Shown here: in pieces, positions 26,425 to 36,059 of the stretch
Position numbering within the stretch: position 1 is the first letter of the stretch
Layout of the letters: each line of letters starts with the position of its first letter
Assembly: GCA_965222075.1 (NCBI GenBank)
Contig: OZ244937.1
Location: forward strand, 416,001 to 480,000
Origin: Candidatus Latescibacterota bacterium
Lineage (GTDB): Bacteria; Latescibacterota; UBA2968; GCA-2709665
Length of the DNA: 64,000 nt
Reading direction: 5' to 3'
Made by a program: the position numbers and the translations under genes
The notes under the pieces: generated by a model
What the model was told of the DNA's origin: nothing
Databases searched by the model: none
The model's input: the letters and a program-made list of their open reading frames with translations, nothing else

Positions 26425-28786
26425 ATTGTGTCGAATCAATGCGGGTCTTCCAGGTCTGGATAATCTGCTCTATCTTTTCCCTGTCTCTTGCGTTGGGGTT
26501 GATTCGCAGCAGCTCTTCAATACAGGTCACTGCGCTGTCGGTCTGTCCGGCTTCTTTGAATTTGGCCGCAAGCAGTCGGTAGTGTTCGGCCAGGAGACTC
26601 CAGGATTCGGGTGGGTCGAGGGCGTGGGCGGGAAGGAGCCTTTCGGCCTGCTGGAGGACCTGGAAGGCGTTGGTGTAGAGGCCCTGCTGGGCGTAGGCCC
26701 GGATCAGTCCATCGAAGATCACGATGTAGTTTCCAAGCAGCCGACGGGCCACCGGGTCTTTATAGACGGTGCTGTCGGCAACGCCTTCATAGCGGTAAGT
26801 GTTGAGGACGTTGCGGGCGGTCCGCCGGGTATCGAACTGCCCCAGCGCCCGCTTTTTAACCAGCCGGTAGGCCATGCCCTCCATGGAGAGATAAGACCTG
26901 AGGCCGGCCATATTGGAGTTGGGCACGGTGACGGCGAAGTAGATGGGATGCTCCCAGTTGACCTGCTGGATAATCCACCAGATCATTACTGTATGGGACT
27001 CGACCACAGGGATGCGCCGGTCGGAATCTCCGGCGAAGTACTGGGCCGTGGGGATGTCTTCGGCCTTGATGGTAATGCCGGCAATCTCCATGTCTTTGGG
27101 TTCCCGCCAGGGCCGGGCGATGGCTTCCTGGTAGATCTGCTGGTCGTTGAGTTTGATGGGGATTTTAGGGTCAAGGTCCCGGAGCTGTCTGATGTACCAG
27201 GCGGTTTTGAGGAGGCTCAGATTGGTCACGCGGATATCAGTCCGGATGCCTTTGGCATACTGGAGATACCAGAGCGGGTAGGTGTCGTTGTCTCCATTCG
27301 TAAACAGGATGGCGTTCGGCTCACAGCTTTGGAGGATGTTGTAAGCGTAGTCGTGGGCGATGTGGTTGCCAGACCGGTCCTGGGAGAAGCGGTTGTTGTC
27401 CAGGATACCTGCGGGAAGCAGCAGGGCCAGGCAGGCGGCCAGACCGGCCAGGGGGACTGAGGCCAGGGCCCGGCCGAGAGCGGCGATGAGCCCGGCGGCG
27501 CCGATGCCGATCCAGAAGCCGAAGAACGTGTAGGCCCCCACGAAGATGTATTCCCGCTCCCGGGGCTCGGGATCGGGCATGTTGAGGTAGAGGACCAGTC
27601 CGATGCCCATCAGCGCAAATATCGCAAAGACCGTGGCAAACCGCTTCCAGTCTTTGCAGAAGTGGTAGACGGCGCCCCCGATGCCAAAGAGGAGGGGGAG
27701 GATGGAAAAGGAGAGGGTCTCATACTTCGAGGCGTAGGTGCCGATCGCCCGTCGGAAGGTGCTGGTGAGGGTGTCGTAGTAGGGGAACTGCTGGAGGAAG
27801 TATTTGGTGTGGATGTTGAGCTGATAGGTCCAGAATTCCCCCCGCCGGGGAAAGATACTGTGCGTGCCGTACTGCTCCCGGGCCAGAAAGGCCTTGAAGT
27901 TCTCCCAGGTCTCGGGATTGTTCATGTCGATTAGGGGATTGAGCCCGGAGCGGATGAACAGGGCGAGATAGGTGGAATACCCCAGCCCCGCCATCAGGAC
28001 GCCACAGACCCAGAACCGGGGGTTGCGCCAGGCGGGCCGGAGGATCACCAGCCCCACCAGGATGGCCAGCGTCATCAGGACCGTAACCCCCATCGGCAGG
28101 ACAATGGCCAGGAAGGGATAGAGGATGAGCCCGGTGACCATAAGAACCTGGTCTTTGAAAGGCCGGTCTTTCATCAGGTCGGTAAAGAGGAGGATGAGGA
28201 TGCCCGGAACGGTGAGCAGGCACTGGAGGTGCACCCCGGCGCCCAGCCCGAAGAGGTAGGCGATGAGGATGAGCAGCCGGTCGCTGTTTCGGTCTTTGTG
28301 CGTGTCGTCCCAGCGGAGGGCCAGCCAGAAGGCCAGGAGGGTAATGCACATCGAGAGGCCGTAGACCTCGGCCTCGGTGGCGTTGGACCAGAAGGAGGTG
28401 GAAAAGGCGGTGCTGAGGGCAGCGACTGCGCCACCGGTGATGATGGCGAACTGGTCCGTGCCGTTCTGGGGATGCAGCCAGATGCAGAGGAGCCGAACCA
28501 CACAGAGGTAGATCAGGAGGACCGTTGCCGCGGCGGAGAAGACCGACATGAGGTTGACGCGGAAGGCGATCTCTCCCGGCAGGGGCAGCATGGAGAAGGT
28601 ACGCCCCAGGAGGGTGTAGAAGGGCGCGCCGGGGGGATGCGGCACACCCAGGATGTAAGAGGTGGTGATGAACTCTCCGCAGTCCCAGAAGGAGGCGGTG
28701 GGAGCGGCGGTTTTGAAGTAGATGAGAAAGACAATGAAAAAGACCGCTGCGGCGACGAAGCGGTTGCGCGTTTGAAAGGTGGTCAT
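26423..28786 (-). CDS. DUF2723 membrane protein (GT-C glycosyltransferase-like)
   Basis: FWDCGEFI, HPPGAP, ATEAEVY, FTNGDNDTYPLWY, NLSLL. Confidence 0.88.
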   Translation of the reverse strand: MTTFQTRNRFVAAAVFFIVFLIYFKTAAPTASFWDCGEFITTSYILGVPHPPGAPFYTLLGRTFSMLPLPGEIAFRVNLMSVFSAAATVLLIYLCVVRLLCIWLHPQNGTDQFAIITGGAVAALSTAFSTSFWSNATEAEVYGLSMCITLLAFWLALRWDDTHKDRNSDRLLILIAYLFGLGAGVHLQCLLTVPGILILLFTDLMKDRPFKDQVLMVTGLILYPFLAIVLPMGVTVLMTLAILVGLVILRPAWRNPRFWVCGVLMAGLGYSTYLALFIRSGLNPLIDMNNPETWENFKAFLAREQYGTHSIFPRRGEFWTYQLNIHTKYFLQQFPYYDTLTSTFRRAIGTYASKYETLSFSILPLLFGIGGAVYHFCKDWKRFATVFAIFALMGIGLVLYLNMPDPEPREREYIFVGAYTFFGFWIGIGAAGLIAALGRALASVPLAGLAACLALLLPAGILDNNRFSQDRSGNHIAHDYAYNILQSCEPNAILFTNGDNDTYPLWYLQYAKGIRTDIRVTNLSLLKTAWYIRQLRDLDPKIPIKLNDQQIYQEAIARPWREPKDMEIAGITIKAEDIPTAQYFAGDSDRRIPVVESHTVMIWWIIQQVNWEHPIYFAVTVPNSNMAGLRSYLSMEGMAYRLVKKRALGQFDTRRTARNVLNTYRYEGVADSTVYKDPVARRLLGNYIVIFDGLIRAYAQQGLYTNAFQVLQQAERLLPAHALDPPESWSLLAEHYRLLAAKFKEAGQTDSAVTCIEELLRINPNARDREKIEQIIQTWKTRIDSTQ

Positions 28787-28906
28787 TGCGGTCAGGCTCC
28801 GGGCCTCGTAAAGAAAATAGACAGGGGCGGATGAGGCGCAGCGTGCTGCGTCCCTGCGGTGCCCCTATATCCCTGCGAGAGATTGCATAGGGAGGTGGAT
28901 TGCGGA

Positions 28907-29146
28907 CTATCTCAGTTCTTCGGTGTGGATCCAGATCCGGTCTGACTGCCTTTCATATTTGAGGTAGTAGACCATGTTTTCCTTAATGACCCAGCCGGTA
29001 CTTCCGGGGATGGCGACAATTTTTGCGTGCTGCTCCTCTTTCTCCGCAAAGGCGGTCCCCGGTTCCAGCAGGGGCCGGACCAGGTTGGCGATGAGCAGGA
29101 AGGCAATCAAAACGAGCAAAACCTTTGTGGATTTGTGCGTGTACAT
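28907..29146 (-). CDS. Small exported hypothetical protein
   Basis: RBS AGGAGG, N-terminal hydrophobic segment. Confidence 0.6.
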   Translation of the reverse strand: MYTHKSTKVLLVLIAFLLIANLVRPLLEPGTAFAEKEEQHAKIVAIPGSTGWVIKENMVYYLKYERQSDRIWIHTEELR

Positions 29147-29328
29147 AGCTGCGTTCCTCCTGTGAGGGGTGGTATGGGGGGTTAAGATAGAGGATTCCTC
29201 CTGTAAGGGCTACGGGATGAACCCGTATAGAGGGTGTTTCAGAAGCGCTATAATGTAAAGTTTCCCCCTTTTCCCGTCAAGCGAAAGCCGGATGAGACTA
29301 TTTCTCAACATATAGAAAAACTAAAGAA

Positions 29329-29362
29329 ATAGGCCGCAGCCGGGAACCCAACTGTGGCCTAT
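29329..29362 (-). terminator. Terminator after the sigma factor gene
   Basis: ATAGGCCGCAG...CTGTGGCCTAT with a T-rich tail on the minus strand. Confidence 0.6.
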
Positions 29363-29384
29363 GAGATCGCTTTGTGGGCACCAA

Positions 29385-30242
29385 TCAGTGGAGGTAAGCC
29401 CGCAGGGGGCGGCTTCTGGAGTTGTGCCGAAGCCGCTGGATGGCTTTTTCTTTAATCTGGCGTACTCGCTCCCGGGTGAGGCCGAACCGCTCACCGATTT
29501 CTTCCAGGGTGAGGGGTTGCTCACGGTTGATTCCGAAATAGAGGCTGATGACTTCGGCTTCTCTGGGGGTGAGGCTTGCGAGGGCCTTTTCGATTTCCCG
29601 ACGGAGGGAATCGTCGATGAGGGGTTCATCGGGAGGGGGCTGCATCTGATCTTGCAGCACGTCTAAAAGGTTGTTGTCTTCTCCCTCGTTGAAGGGCGCG
29701 TCTAAGGAGAGATGACGGCTGGAGATCTTGAGGGTGTCCATGACTTCGTGGTCGCTCATATCGAGTTCGTCGGCAATCTCGCTGGGGCTGGGCTCACGCC
29801 CGAATTCCTGTTCCAGCCCGCTGGAGGCCTTGCCGATTTTGTGCAGAGCGCCTACCCGATTGAGCGGCAGCCGGACGATCCGGGATTGCTCGGCGAGGGC
29901 CTGGAGGATGGCCTGACGGATCCACCAAACCGCATACGAGATAAATTTGAACCCCTTGGTTTCATCGAACCGCTTGGCCGCTTTGATGAGGCCCAGGTTC
30001 CCTTCGTTGATCAGGTCTCCCATCGAGAGGCCCTGATTCTGATATTGCTTGGCCACGCTGACCACGAACCTCAGGTTGGCCTTGGTTAATTTTTCCAGGG
30101 CTTCCTGATCGCCTTTTTTGATCCTCTTGGCGAGGGTCACTTCCTCGGCTGCTTTTAGAAGGTTGACCTCACCGATTTCCTGCAGATACTGGTCTAACGA
30201 TTCATCTTCGCGTGCATAAGATCTCTTGGCTAGTTTAGACAC
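29385..30242 (-). CDS. RNA polymerase sigma70 factor, short RpoD/SigA type lacking region 1.1
   Basis: [44 protein letters not shown]. Confidence 0.92.
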   Translation of the reverse strand: MSKLAKRSYAREDESLDQYLQEIGEVNLLKAAEEVTLAKRIKKGDQEALEKLTKANLRFVVSVAKQYQNQGLSMGDLINEGNLGLIKAAKRFDETKGFKFISYAVWWIRQAILQALAEQSRIVRLPLNRVGALHKIGKASSGLEQEFGREPSPSEIADELDMSDHEVMDTLKISSRHLSLDAPFNEGEDNNLLDVLQDQMQPPPDEPLIDDSLRREIEKALASLTPREAEVISLYFGINREQPLTLEEIGERFGLTRERVRQIKEKAIQRLRHNSRSRPLRAYLH

Positions 30243-30293
30243 CCGTCAGTCTCTCCTTGCACTGGGGAAGAACAGTGCGGTTGGCCGAAGGAA

Positions 30294-30350
30294 TTGCGGA
30301 ATGCGGAATGCGGATTGGAAGGTCTTAAGTCCGAAATCCGAAATCCGAAA
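30294..30350. repeat. Heptamer-repeat imperfect palindrome
   Basis: TTGCGGA ATGCGGA ATGCGGA ... (TCCGAAA)x3. Confidence 0.75.
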
Positions 30351-30503
30351 ACCAACCCTCCGAAGGGGGTTTAGACTGTCGCAGTGAATATGTGGTCTGA
30401 ACTGTTGGTAACCGCGTAGAAGAGGAAGATTCTACATGACCGCACCTCCTGTTTTAAGGGATGTATACCAGGGCCTTCGGCGGGGCACCAAAGGCATGCG
30501 CGT

Positions 30504-31937
30504 TCATCTTTTCAGCATCGGTCGAAGGGCAACAAACCATGTGTGCCCCCGGTCCTTTTTGAGGAGCAGGAAGAGCAGGGGTTTGGACCGGTTTTGCGCC
30601 TTGTCGACGATTTTATGGTAATCGCGAACATTCCAGATGGCAACGCGGTCAATTTCGAATATGACGTCTCCCCGGGCGATCTCCTTTTGTTCTGCAGGCC
30701 CCCCGGGGGCGATATAGGTGACCACGACGCCCTGTCCGGTTTTTGGGATTCGCAGGCGCCTGCTTTCCATGTCCCAACGATTCTTGACCTCCAGGCCCGG
30801 CCAGCCGACATCGGAAGCGGCGAAGGCAGGCCGGGTTGACGGGTGATTGATGGAAGACCTGCGTCCTGCTACCGCGATAAGCGTGAGGGGCGTTCCATTC
30901 CGAAGAACCGAAAGTTCCAGGCGCTCCTGGGGGCGATGGTCGGCAACCAGAGTTAAAAAGCTTCCGACATCGGCTACGGGGCGTCCGGCCAGTTTGAGGA
31001 TGACATCGCCCCGTTTCACGCCTCCCTGTTCGGCGGGGCTATCCGGCTGGATCTGTCCCACCAGCACACCCTGAAAAGAGGCCAATCCCAGGGCCTCTGC
31101 AATATCGGGCGTCAGGTCCTGGGGGTCAATCCCCAGATATCCTCGAACGACTTCCCCGTTCTGCCGGAGTTCTGAAGCGACTTTGGCAGCCAGGCGGATG
31201 GGAATGGCAAATCCGATACCCGACCCGGCCGGGTTGTAGGCGGTGTTGATGCCCACGACGCGTCCGGCCATGTCGATCAGGGGACCTCCGCTGTTGCCCG
31301 GATTGATGGAGGCGTCGGTCTGGAGAAAATTCTGGTAAGAGGGGGGTGGCACATCGCCTTCGATTTTGCCTAAGTGGCGCCCTTTGGCACTGATCACACC
31401 CACACTAACGGTGTGGTGAAATCCGAAGGGACTTCCAACCGCCATTACCCAATCGCCTACCTGGATGGCATCGGAATTTCCGATGCGGGCGACCCGGCTG
31501 GTATCAATCGGGTTTTGAGAGATGAGGCGAATCAGCGCCAGGTCGGTATCCGGATCCTGTCCGATGATCTCTGCGGGATATTCGGTTCCATCCGAGAGAG
31601 AGACCCGGATGCGGATGGCCTCGTCCACGACGTGGTTGTTGGTGAGGGCGTGTCCCTCGGTGTCTATAATGACTCCAGAACCGTAGCGCACCGCTGCGGG
31701 GCTGCGGCGCGTGTGCGTCCAGGAAATTTCCTGGCCTCGAAACTTGCTTACCGAAATGCTGACGACCACAGGCTGCACCCGGCGGGCGACCTCTACAAAG
31801 GGGCTTTGGAGCCTATTGGTCAGCCCTGGTGCGAGGGGGTCGACAGCCTGAACGGGCCGGATACAAAGGCCGAGGCTTATCAGACCTGTACAGAAAACCG
31901 CCTGCCGAATACAGGATAGCGTTCCTTGGGTTGCCAT
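30504..31937 (-). CDS. DegP/HtrA serine protease with two PDZ domains
   Basis: TNNHVV, DLAL, QTDASINPGNSGG. Confidence 0.92.
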   Translation of the reverse strand: MATQGTLSCIRQAVFCTGLISLGLCIRPVQAVDPLAPGLTNRLQSPFVEVARRVQPVVVSISVSKFRGQEISWTHTRRSPAAVRYGSGVIIDTEGHALTNNHVVDEAIRIRVSLSDGTEYPAEIIGQDPDTDLALIRLISQNPIDTSRVARIGNSDAIQVGDWVMAVGSPFGFHHTVSVGVISAKGRHLGKIEGDVPPPSYQNFLQTDASINPGNSGGPLIDMAGRVVGINTAYNPAGSGIGFAIPIRLAAKVASELRQNGEVVRGYLGIDPQDLTPDIAEALGLASFQGVLVGQIQPDSPAEQGGVKRGDVILKLAGRPVADVGSFLTLVADHRPQERLELSVLRNGTPLTLIAVAGRRSSINHPSTRPAFAASDVGWPGLEVKNRWDMESRRLRIPKTGQGVVVTYIAPGGPAEQKEIARGDVIFEIDRVAIWNVRDYHKIVDKAQNRSKPLLFLLLKKDRGHTWFVALRPMLKR

Positions 31938-31982
31938 AGAACCGGAATTATCGTTTGCCCTGGGGCCAACAGAACGGGTTTT

Positions 31983-32327
31983 TCACGCCTTTGCCTCTTC
32001 GGCCTGCTCCTTTTGTGTGTTTTTACCGACTCTAAGCGCGTTCAGCTTGTCTTCCCGCTCTTTGAGCAGGGCTTCCAGGTCTTTGATTCTTTTGGCGATA
32101 CCCTGTACGTCCTCCTGCTGGTCAATCGCGGCCTTTTTGCTCCCCTGAAGGTGGTTGTAGACCGCTCCGCCCAACTCGGCGAATGCCTCGTGAATGGCGT
32201 GCCGGGCTCCGGCAATATCGAGACGCGCGCGTCCCAGCTTGCCGAGGTATTCGGCCTTTTCCGCTGCTGTGGATGCACTTTCCAGGAATCCCTGTTTGAT
32301 CCGTTCCCAGAGGGGCTCATGTGCCAT
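31983..32327 (-). CDS. Small coiled-coil hypothetical protein
   Basis: Helical charged ORF, co-oriented in the operon. Confidence 0.6.
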   Translation of the reverse strand: MAHEPLWERIKQGFLESASTAAEKAEYLGKLGRARLDIAGARHAIHEAFAELGGAVYNHLQGSKKAAIDQQEDVQGIAKRIKDLEALLKEREDKLNALRVGKNTQKEQAEEAKA

Positions 32328-32374
32328 TGGGCGCCTTCTTCTTATATGGATTTTGATCCGGAGGTCTCCGGTTG

Positions 32375-32830
32375 TCAGGGTGTTTCTTCCACCCCTGCCC
32401 GCCGGAGTTCCCGGATAAGCTGTTCCCGGTTGGCCCGAGAGATCTCGCGCCCCTGGACCGAGAGCCCGGGGGTCTGCCTGGCCAACCGACGCAATTGGAT
32501 GACGGAAAGGGTTTCGAGGCCTACGCCCTGAAGGGACGGGTTGTCTGGCCCTTTCCCTTCCAGGTCGAAGGCGCGAACCAGGTCGTCGTGGGGGTTTGGG
32601 ATGACGTGCTGCGCCACCAGCTGACCGACGCGCTGGGCGGCCTGAGCGCCGGCCTGGACGGCTGCCTGGACGGCCCCGACGTCTCCCAGCAGCTGGATGG
32701 AGACCAGCCCGCCCTCAATTTTTTCGACAACGGTAAGGTCTACGGCTGCGGCTTTTACGGCTGCGTCGGCGGCTTCGACAGCGCCGATAAATCCCACCGT
32801 TTCGATGAGGCCTAGGGCATTTTGACTCAT
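32375..32830 (-). CDS. BMC hexamer shell protein with C-terminal extension
   Basis: ALGLIET.G...EAADAAVKAA...GDVGAV...HVIPNPH. Confidence 0.9.
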   Translation of the reverse strand: MSQNALGLIETVGFIGAVEAADAAVKAAAVDLTVVEKIEGGLVSIQLLGDVGAVQAAVQAGAQAAQRVGQLVAQHVIPNPHDDLVRAFDLEGKGPDNPSLQGVGLETLSVIQLRRLARQTPGLSVQGREISRANREQLIRELRRAGVEETP

Positions 32831-33116
32831 AGGAGAACGGATACAGACCATCTGGGCAGGGTGGAGGCAATCGGCAGAAACGCTTCAAAAATTGAGCGGC
32901 CTTCCCGGTAACACGATATCACTCAGGTTGGCCGCCATCGTTTTCATCCAGCTTGGAGGCGATTTAAAGGGGGACAAATGTGCAGCAAATACCAATTTGT
33001 CGGAACGTCAGGAACGCCCGTTTTGTTCCAACTAAGGGTAAAGATAACAAAAATTCCGCCCTCTGTCACGTATTTTTTAGGACAAACCAGGGGATTTGTT
33101 GCTTATCCTGTGAATC

Positions 33117-34565
33117 TCAGTGATTTTTCTCGAAAAAACCCCTGGCCCAGTGGAAGCGGCTGGCCCCCTCCTGGGTGCCGAACCAGACGTAGTCGCCGTC
33201 CAGGAGGATGGCATGCACCCGATCGTGGATGAGGCCGCTGAAGCGGGTATAGTCTTTCCAGAGCTTGCGGGCGATGTCGAGCCGAAAGGCGCCCTGATCG
33301 GTAGCCACCCAGACGCGGCTGGTGTCCGCTGCGATGGCTACCCTCCGGCTACCGCCCACTTCGGAGAGGGGAAACCGCTGCCAGGTGGTGTCGGATCCGG
33401 ACTGGTGGATCAAAGCCGGAGGGGCCTCCACAGCGGCCCAGACCTTCCCTGCCCGGGCAAAGACGGCGCTGATCGGACCTTTTGTGAGGCCCTCCGGGCA
33501 CCGAACCGGCGCCCAGGTCACATCGCGGCGGGCACACCGGTAGAGTCCCCAATCCGTGCCGGCCCAGATAAAGTCAGGACCGGCGTCCAGGGCGCGAATG
33601 GCGAAGCGTTCACTGCCTTCCACCGTTCGGAGGGTATCGGCTTTGAGGTCGAGTATCCTCAGGCCGGCCCGGGTACCGATCCAGAGCCGCTGGCTGTCTC
33701 TGGCCAGCGCCGTTATCCGGTCCGAATTGCGCCCATAGAGGCGGTAGGTGAGCCACTGCCCCGATTTTTTGGTATAGCGCACCAATCCCCCCCAGGTACC
33801 AAACCAGACATCGGTGCTATCGGGGAGGATGGCCGACACCCGGACGTCGTCTAAGCCGATGATGTCTTCGGGCTGAAAGTATTCCCAGGTGTCTGTGGAC
33901 GGATGGTAGCGGGTGATCCCCCGCGCAGGGCCCCGGTAGGTATCCTCTCCGCCGAACCAGATCCTGTCTCCATCCAGGGCGATGGCGGTAACGTTTTCTG
34001 TCATGGGCCCAAAGTGGAGGAATTCAAGCTGTTCGTCCCTCAGATCGGCCCGGCCCACGCCCAGGCCACGGGTTCCGATCCAGAGGATGCGCCAGCTGTC
34101 GATCAGGATATCGGTAATGGCGTATGTCCGCCGGGGGCCTTGTATCCAGTTGTTTTCCAGGTAGTATCCAAAGGGGAGCATCACGGGGGGGATCGCCCTG
34201 GGTGGGTAGTGTTGCGGGACAGGGTCGCGGGTGGCCAGGGACATGGTTTCCAGCCTGGACATCCAGACCCCCGACCCTGAGGGGGTGTCAAACCAGAGAT
34301 CGCCGGTGTTGGGATCGTAGGCGAGGCGCTGTACGCGGTTGTCGGGCAGGCCGTCTAAGGTGGTGAGAGGGGAGAGCCAGCGGTTGGCAAACCGGTCGTA
34401 GCGCCGGATGCCGCCGGTGGTGGCCACGTAGATCTGGACATCTCCTTCGGCCAGGGCGGTCACGTGGTTCATGTTGGGATAACTGGTCCAGACCTCGCGG
34501 TCGTAGGCCCGGAGGGGCGGGGTGAGGAGGAGACAGAGGATGAGGCCGGTGGAGAGGGGTTTCAT
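33117..34565 (-). CDS. Secreted beta-propeller protein (two-component regulator propeller-like repeats)
   Basis: Signal peptide, repeated LWIGT/VWFGT-GL units, DGLPDNRV. Confidence 0.75.
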   Translation of the reverse strand: MKPLSTGLILCLLLTPPLRAYDREVWTSYPNMNHVTALAEGDVQIYVATTGGIRRYDRFANRWLSPLTTLDGLPDNRVQRLAYDPNTGDLWFDTPSGSGVWMSRLETMSLATRDPVPQHYPPRAIPPVMLPFGYYLENNWIQGPRRTYAITDILIDSWRILWIGTRGLGVGRADLRDEQLEFLHFGPMTENVTAIALDGDRIWFGGEDTYRGPARGITRYHPSTDTWEYFQPEDIIGLDDVRVSAILPDSTDVWFGTWGGLVRYTKKSGQWLTYRLYGRNSDRITALARDSQRLWIGTRAGLRILDLKADTLRTVEGSERFAIRALDAGPDFIWAGTDWGLYRCARRDVTWAPVRCPEGLTKGPISAVFARAGKVWAAVEAPPALIHQSGSDTTWQRFPLSEVGGSRRVAIAADTSRVWVATDQGAFRLDIARKLWKDYTRFSGLIHDRVHAILLDGDYVWFGTQEGASRFHWARGFFEKNH

Positions 34566-34582
34566 TGGGCCTCCAGGAGAGG

Positions 34583-35419
34583 TCAGTCGCTACTCTTCAG
34601 CGCTTCCATGACGCGGCGGGTGATTTCGGTGATGAGGTCCTGGTCCGATGGGGCGTCCCCGGGCGTTGAGGAATCGGTCGTGGAGGCGCTTGCGCTGTGG
34701 GTGCGGCGGGTGGGGATATTTCCGTCTGTTGTTTGAGGGGCCCGCGGCGCCTCGCCTGTGAGGCAAGCGGGGTCGGGACCCTGAATGCCGAGGCGTTCTC
34801 GGATCTGGAGGAGTTTGCCGACCTGTTCTCGGTTGAGGAGGTTGACGCCTCCCAGTTGACGGGCCACAAGGAGGATGCGGGCGGCGTGTTCCAGGGTCTC
34901 CATCTTGAAGTAGGCGTTCATGACGTCTGACCCTACGGTGGTGGCGCCGTGGTTTTCCAAGAGGTAAGCGTCGTAGTCCTTCACCCACTGCCGGATCGGT
35001 TCGGAGATTTCCGGTCCGCCCGGGGTGCCGTACCTGGCAGTGGGGACGGAGCCGAGGGTGATGATGACCTCGGGGAGGACACAGTCGGTGAGGGGGATGC
35101 CCGCTACGGAGAAGCCGGTGGCCGTGGGGGGGTGGGCGTGAACCACGGATTTGATATCGGGCCGCTCGCGGTAGAGAAAGAGGTGCATGCCAATCTCGGA
35201 CGAAGGACGCAGCCCGCCGCTGACCCTGTTCCCGTCCATGTCGCAGATGCAGAGGTCGTCCAGGGAGAGGGTGCCTTTGCACAGCCCCGTAGGGGTCGCC
35301 ACAATGCGATCTTCTGCGGTGCGGGCGGAAATATTGCCGTCGCTGGAAGCGATGTAGCCCTTTTCGTAGAGCCTGCGCCCGGCTTCGACAATGTCCTGTT
35401 TGGTCTGGTGAAGGGTCAT
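34583..35419 (-). CDS. Class II aldolase (fuculose-phosphate aldolase-like) with C-terminal encapsulation peptide
   Basis: DGNISAR, PSSE..MH, VVHAHP, LENHG. Tail DLITEITRRVMEAL after a low-complexity linker. Confidence 0.9.
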   Translation of the reverse strand: MTLHQTKQDIVEAGRRLYEKGYIASSDGNISARTAEDRIVATPTGLCKGTLSLDDLCICDMDGNRVSGGLRPSSEIGMHLFLYRERPDIKSVVHAHPPTATGFSVAGIPLTDCVLPEVIITLGSVPTARYGTPGGPEISEPIRQWVKDYDAYLLENHGATTVGSDVMNAYFKMETLEHAARILLVARQLGGVNLLNREQVGKLLQIRERLGIQGPDPACLTGEAPRAPQTTDGNIPTRRTHSASASTTDSSTPGDAPSDQDLITEITRRVMEALKSSD

Positions 35420-35471
35420 AGGGCGTTGAGGGTAAAGCGTGAAGTGTTTTGAATGCATCACGCTCTACTTT

Positions 35472-35747
35472 TCACTCTGCATTCATAGTGATCCGGTCTA
35501 CGATGCCGACGATGACCGAACGGATAGGGGGGAGTTTCATCCCCAGCACCCGGGCCGCTGCGGCGCCCTGCCGGAGGACCAGGACGGTCTCGCCCGCGCC
35601 TGCGCCTGCGCTGTCGACCGCGAGCATGGAGGGGCCGTCGGGGGTTCCGTCGGGCCGGATGGGCTGGACCACCATCAGCTTGGTCTGGTCGTAGGCCGGA
35701 TGCTTGATGGTGGAGACGATGCTGCCCAAGACACGAGCGAGGAGCAT
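35472..35747 (-). CDS. BMC pentamer, EutN/CcmL family
   Basis: MLLARVLGSIVSTIK...AVDSAGAGAGE...IVGIVD. Confidence 0.9.
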   Translation of the reverse strand: MLLARVLGSIVSTIKHPAYDQTKLMVVQPIRPDGTPDGPSMLAVDSAGAGAGETVLVLRQGAAAARVLGMKLPPIRSVIVGIVDRITMNAE

Positions 35748-35795
35748 TTCTAATCATTCCCGCAGGGCGCACACACGGGTGCGCCCCAGCTGTTT

Positions 35796-36059
35796 TCAGA
35801 CGTCGATACGATCGGCGATGCCGACGATGGTTGCATCGACGGGGCCGTAGCCTTTGGGAAGGGCGTTGGGCGCTTCGCGGGCGCTGATCCAGTAGACGGT
35901 TTCGCCCTGGTTTGCACTGACGGTATCGGCGGCCACCAGGGGGTGCCCTGTCCGGTTGCGTTCGTGATCGATAGGCTGCACGATCAGCAGCCGGATTCCG
36001 GTAAGGGACGGGTCTTTCCGGGTGGCGACAACTTTTCCGATAACGTGGCCGAGGAACAT
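35796..36059 (-). CDS. BMC pentamer, EutN/CcmL family
   Basis: MFLGHVIGKVVATRK...AADTV...DATIVGIAD. Confidence 0.9.
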   Translation of the reverse strand: MFLGHVIGKVVATRKDPSLTGIRLLIVQPIDHERNRTGHPLVAADTVSANQGETVYWISAREAPNALPKGYGPVDATIVGIADRIDV

